Below, in pieces: positions 12,127 through 25,700 of a DNA stretch of 64,000 nucleotides (within the stretch, counting starts at the first letter, position 1; each line of letters begins with the position of its first letter). The stretch is from Selaginella moellendorffii. Its lineage: Eukaryota > Plantae > Lycopodiophyta. Where the stretch lies: assembly GCF_000143415.4 (NCBI RefSeq), contig NW_003314275.1, forward strand, positions 498,759 through 562,758. The letters are read 5' to 3'. Under the pieces are notes generated by a model, which had not been told where the DNA came from, did no database searches, and saw nothing but the letters and a program-made list of their open reading frames with translations. The translations under genes and the position numbers were made by a program.

Positions 12127-15100
12127 CTCAAGCATTGGTTGTTTGGTGGTGATGTGAGCTGTGGAATGGTTCAAGTAGAGGACTTGGAGCCAGTAGTGGA
12201 GCAGGAACGACTGCAGCAGTTTCCCTGCCATTTTTATTCTGAAGTTATAGATGGTTCCATTCCAGAGATTGATGAAGAGCCAGCGATCCAGTCTGGAGGA
12301 CGAGGTAGTAGCCGATACACAGCTCAGCCAACTGTCGAAGAGATGAACCTCGGATCAGCCGAGGAGGAAAAGGTGGTGAAGGTCGGAGCTAACTTGCCGG
12401 TCCAAGTTAAGGAGAGGTTGAGGCGCCTCTTTTACAGGTACCTCGACGTGTTTGCATGGTCTTATAGAGACATGCGAGGTGTGGATGTGAAGCTGGCTCA
12501 GCACCGGATCATTCTTAAGCCAGGAGCAGTGCCTATTCGGCAGCGGCCGTATAGGATGAACCCGAATTACTCCAAGACTGTTCGAGAGGAGCTGGAGAAG
12601 TTGCTGCGAGCTGGGTTTATTTATGAGGTGGAAACGAGCCAGTGGCTGTCTCCGATTGTGGTGGTGCCAAAAAAGAATGGTCAGCTGCGAGTCTGTGTGG
12701 ATTATTGGAAGCTGAACGAGGTGACTGAGAAGGATGGCTTCCCTCTGCCCTTTACCGACACGGTACTTGATGCTGTGGCGGGACACGAGCTTTATTCCTT
12801 CCTCGACGGATTCAGCGGCTATAACCAGGTGCAGATAGCAGAAGAGGATCAGCTCAAAACCACGTTTGTGACTGAGTGGGGCTGCTACGCCTACAAAGTT
12901 ATGCCCTTCGGCCTGTGTAATGCACCTGCTACCTTTCAGCGGGTTGTCACAGCAGCTTTCCAGCCGTACATGCGAGAGTTTATGGAAGTATTCCTTGACG
13001 ACTTCAGTGTCTATGGGAGTGAGTTGGCGCATGAAGGCCTTCTCGAGAAGTGTTTTGAACGCTGTCAGCACTATGGGATTTCTCTCAACCCGTTCAAGTG
13101 TCAGTTATGGGTAACGCATGGAGTGCTGCTGGGTCAGATAGTGTCAAGAGAAGGTTTAGCTGTTGATCCGGCCAAGACGCAGGTGATCATGCAGCTGGTG
13201 TCACCAGAGACTGTGAAGCAATTGCAGGCATTTCTTGGGCATGTGGGATATCACCGCCGTTTCGTGAGGAACTTTGCCGAGAAAGCTCTACCCTTGACTA
13301 GCCTGCTGAAGAAGGGGGCTAAATATGAGTGGACAACTGCATGTGAGGCGGCCTTCCAACGCTTGAAACTGGCACTGGTAAACGCGCCGATTTTGAAGAT
13401 GCCAGATTGGAACCTAGAGTTTCACGTTCATGTGGATGCATCAGCAGTGGCCATTGGTGTGGTGCTGTGTCAACGCTCAGATGGACGAGCAAATCATCCA
13501 ATATGTTACAGCAGCCGTCAACTTTCAACGGCTGAGAAGAGCTATTCAGCAATTGAGAGGGAAGGACTTGGCATGATCTATGCGATCCAGCAATATCGGC
13601 ATTATCTACTCGGCAAGGAGTTCGTATTTTTCCTCGATCATCAGGCATTGAAGTATTTAATAGGGAAGCCATGCAAGACAGGAAGAATCACACGTTGGCT
13701 GTTACTACTCCAGGAATTTCAGTTCCGGATTGTGTTGAAACCTGGAAGCAGCCATCAGATGCCAGATCACTTATCGAGGCTGCCACCACAGGACAGTGAT
13801 GAGGAAGTAGGCGTACAGGATGATTTGCCAGATGCACCTATCTTCCAATTTGAAACAGTGCCGGACTGGTATGCCGAGATGGTTAAGTTCCTTGGCAATG
13901 GCGAGTATCCGGCAGGGTTGAATAACCGGCAGAAGCGACGGCTTCTGTTGCAGAGCCGACTCTATACGATGGTTGGCGGTGTATTATACCGGATTGGACG
14001 AGATAGCGTACTGAGGCGGTGTTTGCTACCACATGAGACGACTAAGGTGATAGCGGCATGCCATGACTCGTCATATGGAGGCCACTTTGGAACAGAAGCG
14101 ACGGTGGAGATTATTTGTAGAGCTGGATATTGGTGGCCAACATTGAGGAAGGAGGTTACGTACTATGTCAAAACCTGTGACCCTTGTCAGCGAGCAGGGA
14201 AGCCTGATAAGCGTGACTACCAGCCTCTTCATCCACTGTTGCCAGTGATGCTGTTTGAAAAATGGGGGATTGATTTTTGCGGACCGTTTCCTCCAGCTCG
14301 ACGGACAGGTTATAAGTATGTACTGGTCTGCACTGATTACGTTACAAAATGGTCTGAGGTGAAGGCTCTACGGGAGGATACTGGTAAGAAGGTTGCGGAC
14401 TTTATGAGCAGATAATTACACGGTTTGGAGTTCCCCTCGAACTGGTGAGTGATCGGGGTACACACTTCTTGAACGAGGCGGTGGCAGCACTGACAGAAAC
14501 TTATGGAGTTTATCACTCGAAGTCTACTCCTTACTACCCGCATTGCAATGGTCAAGTGGAGCGTACAAATGGAACTCTTTGCCGGATTGTTACTAAGACC
14601 TGCTCAGCTTCTCGGACAGATTGGGATAAGTGCCTTTTGGATGCAGTCTGGGCGTATCGAGTTGCTTTAAGGTGACCACTCGGTTCTCACCTTTTCAGTT
14701 GGTTTATGGGCAGGAAGCCTTATTGCCGGTGGAGCTTGAAGTTCCAGCCTTGAGGACGGCTGTAGAGCATGCTATGGACTGGGACGGTGCCATACAGCAG
14801 AGGCTGAACGAGCTAGAACGATTGGATGAGACGAGGCTGCTGGCATTTCAAGCTAGAGAGGCATTGCAGAAGCGGAGAAAGAAATGGCATGATGATCACA
14901 TTCGAGAGCGAAAGTTTGCAATAGGGGATTTGGTGCTGCTGTATGACAGCAAGTTTTGGAAGCGGCCAGGAAAACTCAAGATACGGTGGCTGGGCCCTTA
15001 CGTGGTGGTGAATGTCAACGACAATGGCTCGGTGCAGGTGGCAGATTTGAGTGGAAACCTGCTGCCAACGCGGATCAATGGTTTCCGATTGAAGAAGTAC

Positions 15101-15202
15101 CATCCACGTTCAAATGATGAAACAGCCGGAGCTGAGCGAGAGTCCAATGTGTTGGAGCCATCCGAATCAGAGTCGAGGATGACCAGAGCTGAGGCCAGCT
15201 GA
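12127..15202 (+). pseudogene. pol: pol: RT - RNase H - integrase, with two frameshifts (~14405, ~14665)
   Basis: FLDGFSGYNQ, MPFGL, FLDDF, DAS, HHCC, WGIDF, GQVERTN and GPY motifs. In frame with gag after a single TGA. Confidence 0.93.
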
Positions 15203-15590
15203 GAGCTGTGGTTGTAGCTGAATGGGGAATTCCAGAATCGAATGGAGGTATGTTGGTGTTTTCATTTAAGAATAAGCGTAGAAGATGCAGGTAGAGTTAG
15301 CTGCACGTCCTTGAGAGGAGCAGCTGAAGGGGGAGATTTTATGAGTTCAGGTGTGGAGCGCCAGGAGGATTTATTTTTGGAGGCTGTAGACGTCAGTGGA
15401 GGCGAGCTCAGCAATAGTGTAGGAGAAGAGAGTTGAAAGAGGCAGAGTGTTGCCGTGTGAGAAGTCAAATGGAGCCAAGTTGAGTGGTGTCCGAGGAAAG
15501 TGTAGCAGAGTTGGGTTTGAACCAGTCAAGAAGTCAGTGGTTAATGGCAATCAGCGTGCCGAGGGCGGCGCGAGTATCAGGGTGGTATGG

Positions 15591-16260
15591 TATCAACCGT
15601 ATATACGGTCGTATTTTCATACTTGAGGTTGCTTTTGTGAGTACTGACGTATTTCTAAGTTAGAAAAAAGGTGAAAATTGAAGAAGCTCGCTGAAGAAGC
15701 TTCCTATGAATATTTCGTCTAGAGAGAGAAAAAGTGACGGATTTCAGAAGTGAGAATTTGAAGAAGTTGTCTCTATGAAGTTGAAGATCTGATCAAGGGC
15801 AGTTCTTTGGTGGTGAAATCAAGTCGATCAGAGTTGTGGATGAAAAGTTATTAGCTGGGAAAGTTTCAGCCATTGGTTAGTGTTTAAGTTTTTGGGAGTT
15901 TGAAATTAGGGACGGCCATTCAGTTATTTTACAGTTCTTGTTTTCTCTCGGGTTCTGGAGTTCTCTTGGCTCGAAGATGGTGAGACCTCCTATAGGCCGT
16001 CGAGATCCCGTCGCCGATCGCGTCACCAATAACATGCGGATAAGGCGTGCGATCGAGGAGCTGAGAATTCAAGAGGAGCAGCAAATTCCAACTACCTGTC
16101 CAACCTGTGGTCAAGTGTGGTACCGTTACTTACGTGTGATCATAGAAGAGTTACTGCAGGCCCAGCGCACTCAATATGAGTGATTTGTAGTTACTGCTGA
16201 AATACAAGCCCTAGGGGAGTCTTTCCCGTCTTTCTTGGTTGTCGTGTATTTTTTCCCACA
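15591..16260 (+). repeat. 3' LTR (670 bp)
   Basis: Direct repeat of 8429-9098; the first dinucleotide has mutated to TA. Confidence 0.97.
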
Positions 16261-18284
16261 ATGACCCCATTGAAACATTCAAATTTCCCACAATACAAAC
16301 TAGCATTCCATTTATGAAAGGTGTTCAATTAGCACTTTGTCTCCTTCACGCTACCATATGCATATTTCATTTGCTTTTGCCTCGTATTCCTCTTTAGTTA
16401 GTGCATCCATCCATTCCTGACAAAGTTGTTTGAACTTGTAATAGAAGTCAAATTTGATGCATCGGCAATGTTTATTAACACTCTTTGCCCAATGAAATTC
16501 ATGACTCTTCTCTCTACCTTGTAATAGTTGACTTTTATCACCTTCAAATACTTGTTATATATCCAATTAGTTAGCACTAGCAGCATCTGCTATGAAACCA
16601 TAGAAGTTGGGTTTCTTCCCAGTTCGCTGTTCAACAACCTCGGACATACATGTCCAAAAGATGGTTTATGTTTGAAAATTTTGAACCTTGAATTCGGTTA
16701 TACCTATAGTCAAGTTGCACTACAACCTATAGAAGGAATGATTATAATGTAAATCAGTATAAAATCCTTAAAAAATGAATAACCACTTATTTGTGATCAT
16801 AAACATGAGCTCCCATAGTTGACTAGCCTGAAACTCGTTCCATGTGGTCGAAATAGATCTAAGAATTAGCCAAGTCCCTATCTCCATCCATATCCAATTG
16901 TTATACAAGGTCCACACTAGAAACAGGACTAAGGGTAAACATCTTAAAGATGAAAGGGTGTTGATTGTTCGAAGTCACTTGGCCAACAAACAAACTCCCA
17001 TGAATAAACTCATAGGGACATTTTCTTTTTAGCTCCAAAATCTCATCTAATCCAGATTGAAGCTTTCCATCTCACCCTTCTCACATCCAGTTCTTTATTC
17101 TACAAAAAAAAGAGTGTTATTAGTGATAAAGTAGAGTTAAGTATTAATTATACCTGTTTAAATTTGTCATGGGTTCTATATTTCGAAATAGGTCCTTCAA
17201 GCTGTTCTCCGTGAACTCTTTTTTCCTATCAGATTGTAGCAACATGTCCACCACATAGTCCTTTAGTACAGACTATTGAACACACTTTGGAGTTGTAGCA
17301 CTTTTCTTCCCAGCCTTTGTAGTAACAGCAGCCTTCAAATTGTAAAAAGAATCACAGCGGATTCCTTCCTCTATTGCATGTTGGTGGTATCCAACATGCA
17401 CTGTTGATCTGCCTAAACATCCATCCCATGGAAGAAAATAATACATTTTCGCATCGCAACATACTTGACACACAGGTGTTGCCCCATATTTGCAACATCT
17501 AAACCCTATAGCAAACTTATCATGCCTAGGGGGATTGATTGCTGAGCCTTCAAAGAAACACATATTCTTGCCATGATCAGAAATGCATTTCTTAGTGACA
17601 TACTAAAGCTGTCCACCAGAATTGACTATGGACACAGATCCATTGAAATGAGAGAAGTGGGTTGTCTTTACTCTGCACCAATAATGTGGATCAAGACGCA
17701 TCTCCATACCCCTTTTCCTACTTGACAAATTGGTCAGTGGAAACTCGAAGAATATATTCCCATTATAGGAAGAAAGAAGCTCCTCACCTCTCATGTACTC
17801 GAACTCCTTCAATTCTAGCCATAATGATCGAGATTGCTGAAATGCCTTATCCACCACTTCAAAAACTGGTCCAGAAGGAACGCACCCTACTTGTCTGGGA
17901 AGCTATGTCGGGAACCTCATCTTCTTCATTTTCGTCACTAGAGATAATAACAACTTCATCTTTCACTCCTTGCACAATTGACTGTGAAACTGATGTGCTC
18001 TCCTCTCCTTGCTTTGAAGATCCTGTAAATAAAATCTCTTGACCAGTACATCTATCAAGATCCCATTGAATCCCATTCTCTCCCATACCACTGTCGAGAA
18101 GAATGGATTTTTCAATCTGATTACCCTTATCATGACATACATTTTCCAAACTAATTGATCCCGGTTTCAACTTGAATCTTCTGCAGAGGAAGATCTCTCC
18201 TATAACACTCTTAGAGAAAACAATTAGAGGCTCTTGATTGAACTTCAAATAGAATTCTCTCATATCTTCTCCTTGCTCAAGCAC
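16261..18284 (-). pseudogene. Mutator(MULE)-like DDE transposase, N-terminal and core part, with Cys/His GCM/WRKY-like domain
   Basis: Minus-strand translation gives YNGNIFFEFP..DPHYWC..CC..TPVC..CDAKMYY..RSTVHVGYHQH. It continues SVDLV..IYFDHMERVSG*STMGAHVYD, PNFYGFIADAASAN*, REKSHEFHWAKSV and FQWG. Short introns; many W/Q-to-stop mutations. Confidence 0.8.
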
Positions 18285-18987
18285 TTAGAAATAAATTGGG
18301 GAGAAACTGATAAGAAAGAACAAAGATATTCTTTTGTATTATGAGCATTAATTAGTTGTGTCCTTGCAAAGGACAAGTTAATTATTTTAACAAAATATAC
18401 AACTGTTTAGAATCTAGAGAGATATGAGAATCTTAAAGAGCCACCCATATTAATTGTATAATTGATTGTGAGAGGAATAATATTGTTGAAATGTGTAGCG
18501 CACCTTATCTCTCTCCCCTTAAGCCAACTGGAAAAGGGGCAATTGCTTGATGAGAGAGCCCTTAGTGGCTATTTTATCCCCATTTATCCCCCAAGGTTCC
18601 AAGGATCCACGGTGACAGTATATCCAAATCTCATCCCATGATCACATGCGCTACACTATGAATGTGGTTATGAGCGAGAAGCACTAGTCAATCACAAAAG
18701 TTGTAGCATTGATTGTTTGTTCTCCCTCTCTGTTAGGTGCCAACTTTGACTACGTGGTCAACGTCAGTCAAAGGGAGGCTCAAGGGTATATTAAGGCATG
18801 TTAGGATAATGGACTTAACTTACCTAGGGGCTCATAGTGGAGCGGCAGGCAGTGGAGCTTTTGAGGTAGCTCGGGGGTGGTTGGGTGGTGAGGAACCTCA
18901 AGAGGTGGCATAGCATAGTCTAGGGTGACAAGATCTCTATTTTTTTTGCGCCGGATCATAACATTGGTATCAGAGAAGTTGGTTGCA

Positions 18988-21900
18988 ATGGCTGACCAAG
19001 CTGAACACTGGAATCCTATTGTCGATGGTGGTGCCGACGAAGCTGTGGAGATTTGGACTATTCAAGATGTGGTTCATGAGCTGCGAGCCCTTAATCGAAA
19101 TTAGCAAGAGATGCAAGATGAGATGCATGGCATGATGGACACCATGCGTAGGCGTGTTGAGGCACTTGAGGCTGGATGGGGTAGCGCTCCAAGTAAGCCT
19201 TCTTTGGTAGATCGATTCAAGATTCCAACTTTTCTGGTGATGGTGGTGTGGACGAGTGTCTTGCTTAGCTAGCCAATGTGAAGAAGTTCTTGGCTGCTAG
19301 AAGAACTCCAGATGCAGAGGCTTTAGTGGCTATTCCGATAGTTTTGTGTGATGTGGGTCTTCGATGGTGGAATTGGCTTGAGGAGTCCTGTGTTGCGGAT
19401 AAGAAACCACCAGTGTCTATCATGGATGAGTTTGAGGTTGCTTTTTGTTTACGTTTTGCCCCTCATTATGACGTGGAGAATGCTCGTATAGAACTTCGAC
19501 ATTTCCAGCAAGGGAAAATGACGCTCAGGGACTATATTGAGAAGCTTACTCACTTGATTAGTTGTATTCTAATGAAGGATCCAAATCAAAACAAGTCCTA
19601 TTTCATTGATGGCCTACATAGTGAGAGCATGCGGCAACATTTGCGTCATTCTCAGCCTACAAAGAGTTTGGAGGAGCTCTTTGATGCAGCTCGTCGACTT
19701 GACAATGACAAGCACAAGTCTCGCAAGCGTTCACGGAGTCTTTCTATCGAGAATTGTTATGATGATCACTGTGGACACAAGGATGGGAACAAGCATCACA
19801 AGTTGAAGTCGGTGGTGACTACTTCAGATGCAAAGGGGTCCAAGAAGCAGAAGTTCTTTGTGAAGAATTATAGACAGGGTTGTCATCATTGCGGCGAACT
19901 TAAACACTATAAGGCTGATTGTCCGGAGTTGAAGAATAAGTAACAGGACAAGAAGAATGGCCAATCTTCTTCTCACGGTAAGTCAGATACTAAAAAGTTG
20001 CAAACTTTGCAGTGTGAGGATGAGGAAAATGACCATTCCGGTCGGAGGAAGCGACTTTCGATCGTTGCTCGTCAGCCCAACTGTGTGTGGAACAAGATGG
20101 AGCTCAAGGATATGCGTGAATCAGCTTTAATGCTAGAGGGCGTGTTCCGTGGTGATCCAATGCGGATTTTACTAGATAGTGGGAGCGATGACAACTTTGT
20201 TTCGGCAAAGTTTGTTGCGGAGCATAGCCTAGTCACACGTGGAGTTCTTCCATACATAGTGGAAGGTGCAACTACCTCTACTTAGCATTTCGATGCTTGT
20301 ATCGAGCGGCTGAAAGTGTTGGTTGGCAAAACCACACTTGTGGAGACTTTTTATCTCGCGGATATCCATCGTGTGGATCTCATTTTTGGGATGCCATGGT
20401 TGGTGAAGGTGGATCCCAAGATAAAGTGGAGTATTAAACGTATCTTGCTGGAGTATGGTGGCATTAAAGATGTGTGGTTTGGCAAGGGCGTTCAACCACT
20501 AGTTGTTATGCTCTTTGCTACATCTTTGAAGCGGGCTTGTCGTAATGGAAAAGCATTTTCAAGTTACTTGCTGTTTGTTTATGACTTGGGGGATCCAGGC
20601 ATGTGTGGGGGAGAAGCAGCAATATGGGATGTACTTGACGAGTTTTCTGATGTTTTTCCATCTGAACTTCCTCATTGGATTGCCAGGTGTGGAGCATGGG
20701 ATTACATTGGAGCTGGGGACGCGGCCAATTTACTGGCGTCCATTTCGGTTAAGTTATGCGGAGGAGCAAGAAGTTCAACGACAAGTCAAAGAGTTACTTG
20801 AGTTTGGATTTATTTAGCCAAGTAAGTCTCTGTTTGGTGCTCCAATCTTGCTTGTGAAGAAGAAGGACGGTTCAATGTGGATGTGTATTGAGTACCGCAC
20901 TTTAAACAAGAAGACAGTGAAGGATAAGATTCCGATGCCACGTGTGGATGATATCCTGGACAAGCTTGGTGAAGCACGAGTGTTTACCAAGATTGATCTG
21001 AGGAGTGGATATCATCAGATTGAGTTATGCCGTTTGGTTTGACGAATGCACCGGCCACATTTACTCGGTTGATGACGGAGGTATTTAGGCGTTATCTTCA
21101 TGAGTTTGTTGAGATTTTCTTGGACGATATTCTTGTTTTTAGCAAGAATATGGAGGAGCATAGGTACATTTGCGCAAGGTTCTTTTGTTACTTCGAGATA
21201 GCAAACTTTATGTGAAGAAGAGGAAATGTGAATTTGCAAAGTCGGAGGTGGAATATCTAGGCCATATTATGACATCTAAGGGTGTCAAGACGGATCCAAG
21301 GAAGGTGGCTATGGTGGAAAATTGGCTTACACCAACTATAGTGGCCGAGTTGCGCAGTTTTCTTGGTATAGCTAGTTACTACCGATGTTTTCAACATAAG
21401 TTTGTAGAGGTGGCTATTCCTTTGACGCGGTTGTTACGCAAGAATGTGCCATTCGAATGGAAGAAGCCACAAGAGGAGAGTTTTGTGGCGCTGAAACGAT
21501 TGTTGAGCGAGACTCTAGTGCTTCGCATTGCTGATCCATCGAAACCTTACGAGGTGACATGCGATGCGAGTGGTTATGCATTGGGAGGAGTTCTCATGCA
21601 AGAGGGACAGCCTATTGCATATGAGAGTCGAACTTTGAATTCCGCGGAGCAACGCTATTCCACATATGAGCAAGAGTTACTCTTTATTGTTCATGCTTTG
21701 CGGACGTGGCGGCACTATCTTTATAGTGCAATATTCATGGTGTTGACAGATCATAAACCACTTATATATCTTTTCACACAGAAGGAGTTGAACATTAGGC
21801 AAGCTTGTTGGATGGTCAAACTCATAGAGTTTGGGGAGTTAATCAAATGTGGTGGCAAATGCTTTATCTCGTGTTTGTCATATGACGATGTCACAAACAC

Positions 21901-22759
21901 GATTTTGTCATCATTTGAGTAAGGTGGTCAGCAAGTTTGGGTAGTTGGTTGAGCATGCTCAAACTCAGGATGCTAAGGTGGCTTCTTTGCGAGACCAAAT
22001 GAAAGCCCCTTTCTCATTGATGGATGGGATTCTTTAATACAATGGCTGTGTATATTTGCCATGGGTGGATGCATTAATTCCTCAAGTTTTATTCCATTAT
22101 CATGATCGTCCAGAGGCTAGTCATTTTGGGGGGAAGAAGACATATGAGTTGATTATGCACAATTTTTATTGGAGGAATATGAAGGTTGATATCCTCAAGT
22201 ATTGTAAATCATGCAAGCTCTATCAGCGGGTTAAGGTGCAACATGAGAAGCGGGGGGACTTTTGCAACCTTTACCTATTCCTTAGAGCCATTGGTGTAGT
22301 ATCTCTATGGACTTCATCACTTGTTTGCCACGAACACAGAGGCAAAAGGAGCAAGCATAGGTCATAGTGGATCGGTTGATGAAGTATATGCGGTTGTTGG
22401 CTCTTTGGAAGACTGTCACTACCTCAGACTTGCTGGAGTTTACTTGGAGAAGGTTTTTCCTGATTTTGGTTTGCCAGAGGACATCATTTGTGATCGAGAT
22501 TCAAAGTTCACCAGTGGATTTTGGAAAAGCTTTGCAAAGGCTATGCAAGTAACTTTGAAACTCTCGAGTGGAGATCATCCTCAAACAGATGGGCAAACCG
22601 AGTGTGTGAATTAGGTGGTGGAGGATATACTACATTGTAGCATTGGTCAAAGGCAAGAACAATGGGATCTATATCTTCCATTAGTGCAATTTTCTTACAA
22701 CAATAGCCAACACAGTGGAACCAAGCTAAGTCCTTACTTTGCCATGTTTGGAAGGCATC
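18988..22759 (+). pseudogene. Disrupted gag-pol (continues at 27826-28290)
   Basis: [49 protein letters not shown] and HPQTDGQTE. Confidence 0.92.
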
Positions 22760-25700
22760 TGTAGCGCATGTGGTTTTGACCCTTTATCCTATGGTGATTT
22801 ACCATAGGATAACACCACGAAGCGGAACCTAAACCCTCTTTGTGCCACGTGATAGATGCCACGTGTCCATGCCACGTGTCCATAGGAACCTGAGGTTTAG
22901 GGCCTTGGCCACTAAACGAAGGAACGGTGCCAAACTCCCAAGCATGAAGCCAAGGAGTGAGGGAACCGATCCACGGAGCAACTCCTAAGCATAAAGCCCA
23001 AGGAGCGAAGGGACAGGAGCCCGGAGCGACTTGGAACAATCCTGGAGCAACTAGCATCCCAATGCTAGGACCAGCACGCAAAACGGAGCCAAACGGAGTC
23101 TGGCGCTATTTCGGCATACCGGTGGCCTAACGCGAGGATATGGGTACTCCACCAACTAGCATGGAATGGAACTTGGGTTTAGACCCAAGCCGGACGCAGA
23201 ACAAGGACAGGCACGCAAGCGAGAGCTAGACTATGCCTCAGGTTGGTCGGCCATGCCCGACCTACCCACTATCCCTACTATACATTTGGAACCCCCCACA
23301 GCCCCCCCCCCCCCTGAGGAACACACGCTTTAGGCTTTCACCCCAAGCCTCCCTTAGTATCAGGAGTTAGTCTCTGGGACAAGCTCGAAACTTACTAAAT
23401 ATGGAATGTCCTTAGATTGCGAATTTGGACATGGGACGAACACCATTGTGTTCAGGCCGATCTCTACATTCCGTAGATATGCCAAATGAGCAAATCTGGA
23501 CACTTTCCATAAATAGCATTTGGGACCGAAATGAGACTAACACAAAGTATCATTGACTGACAAGCACAATGCTCGAATGTATCACCCAAAGGAAATAACA
23601 TTCCAATCTATCAGAGCTAACTCGAGCAACAATCAACAAAATAGAATGAATGTTGCATGGCCAACAAACACTCATTCATGCCAACTATTGCACTAGCTAA
23701 TCTTTATAGATCCCGGTCAATAATACCAAGGAACTAGAGTTGCTCAAGCAAGTGTCAGCAACATCCTACCGACGTCTCAAATCCAAGAGACCAATCCAGA
23801 GCAAACCACAAAGAACATGTGGTATTGCGAAAAGCCAAAAGCCATCAAAGAGAACAACTAACCATCATGAAAGAACATCAATCATCCCATCAATAAAGAA
23901 ATGCTGAATCATCGTTGAAGAAAGAATCTACCATCCCGAAGAATAGCGAATCATTCTATATCAACAATAACCAAGCAACACCTTTGACAAGGATAATCAA
24001 TATCCTAGATGACAGTCAGTCATTACCAATGATTGCCAGATGCAAGAGCCAACTTCAACATCGAAGCTAACAAGCCAAAATGCCTTCCCCAACAACTCCT
24101 AACAAATGGAACAATGAGCATAAAACTCAAAGAACCAAAAGCTCGAAGAAGCCTATAACCAAGTCTTGCCTATTAATGATCACAAGCCTTGCATGAACTA
24201 ACTTCAATGCCAAAGAAGAAATCATGGTGCAACCCACAATATCTTCCTCAACACATCCATAAGCTAGACTTCATAATGCCAAAGCTAATGAAGAGCATAT
24301 CTGCATCAATCCAAAAGCTAAGCATAACGAAGCTATGCTCGACAAGTGATCACCAAACGATCCTCCATAAATCCATCTATAGCAAGACGTAATTCACTTC
24401 ATAACAAGCACAAGAAGAATCATCAATGATCGATATATTCCAACTCAAATCCAATAAGGATTCAAACATTCTAATATCAATCACTAACTCTTCTGCTTGT
24501 AGAGTTAGCATAGTCCATGACTGAATCACTTTTCAAGGAAAAGCCAAAGCTTAACCCTTACTAAACAATTTCGTCTAGAACACAACTAACTCAAACTTGC
24601 CACTCAGCTCGTTTGAACGTCAATATAGTTGCTAACTAGCAAATGCATGAATGCCAATAACAGATAGTTATAGCCAAATCATCAACACTATCTTCATTGA
24701 GACTAATGAAACTTAATGTCAATCCTAAGAAGAAACATCTCATTTCACTCGAATCCCAACATTAATAATATCAATGACAAGGCATCACTTCAATGCCATC
24801 AACACCATAACAAAGCTAGAATAAAGTAAGAGTGAATCACCACTCAAAACTCTCTTGCAACCAAGCTAACCAAAGTCGAAAATACTTTACTCAGTATTCG
24901 AGACTAATCCTTCAACAATACTCAGCTACAGATAACACTTCCTTTAGGAGTGAATCACCACATCCAAGACTCCATGAAATCCAACACCATAAACTAAACA
25001 CAACCAAATGATATCAACAAAGGTAGAGTCGATATGCCAACATGGAAAACCCATGTAAGTTTAACGACACGATCCTCCGCAATACCATCTAGTAAAGCAA
25101 ACCCATCACTGCCAAATCATCATCGAGTGAAACAAGTGTTAACAGTCCTCGACAAAGTGTACAAGCAATCACTAGTCGCGAACAACTAACAATCACTCTT
25201 TCAACTTGCCTTCAGAAGACCCAAACACTAAACTCATGCCATCGAGTTATATACTTGTCCAACATGAACAGAACACTCCAAGTACAAGATATTGGTTCAT
25301 GGACAAGCACGAACTAGATGACCACTCGAATCCAACTCAACCGTAATAAGCTCACCAATGCATCTAGTCAATAGCTCTAAGTATGCCTTGAAGAGGCTAG
25401 CTACACATGATCAACACTAAATCGAAACTTAAGTGAAGACCATGAGATGGACTCATGTTGGTACACAGCCTCCACTTAGACAAAGCTATAATACGGGTAC
25501 CAACATCTCAAACTTAAACAACTAAGTTGGACATCACCATCCTCAGCCAAGGCGCAAGGCTACCAAGACCAAATCAAGATCAGTGAGAGCTCACTACTCT
25601 CATAGAGTCTAACAAAATGCAGGGTGCAACCTGCCACCAAGCATAACACTACAGAAGAAAGGCACAAAGGTCACCTTTCTTAGAAAAGTGTAACGGCCAT

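Larger units (their letters stand above)
8429..16260 (+). mobile_element. Full-length, young non-chromoviral Ty3/gypsy LTR retrotransposon
   Basis: 670-bp LTRs (8429-9098, 15591-16260) with about 6 differences. 5-bp TSD ATGAC (8424-8428/16261-16265). PBS and gag-pol present. Confidence 0.97.

Noticed and set aside
9713-13672. Long antisense ORFs (e.g. 10087-10815, 12355-13071)
   Set aside because: Shadow frames of gag-pol with no motifs.
15242-15590. Possible env-like or extra ORF after pol
   Set aside because: Only ~390 bp, with short ORFs lacking transmembrane or other motifs.
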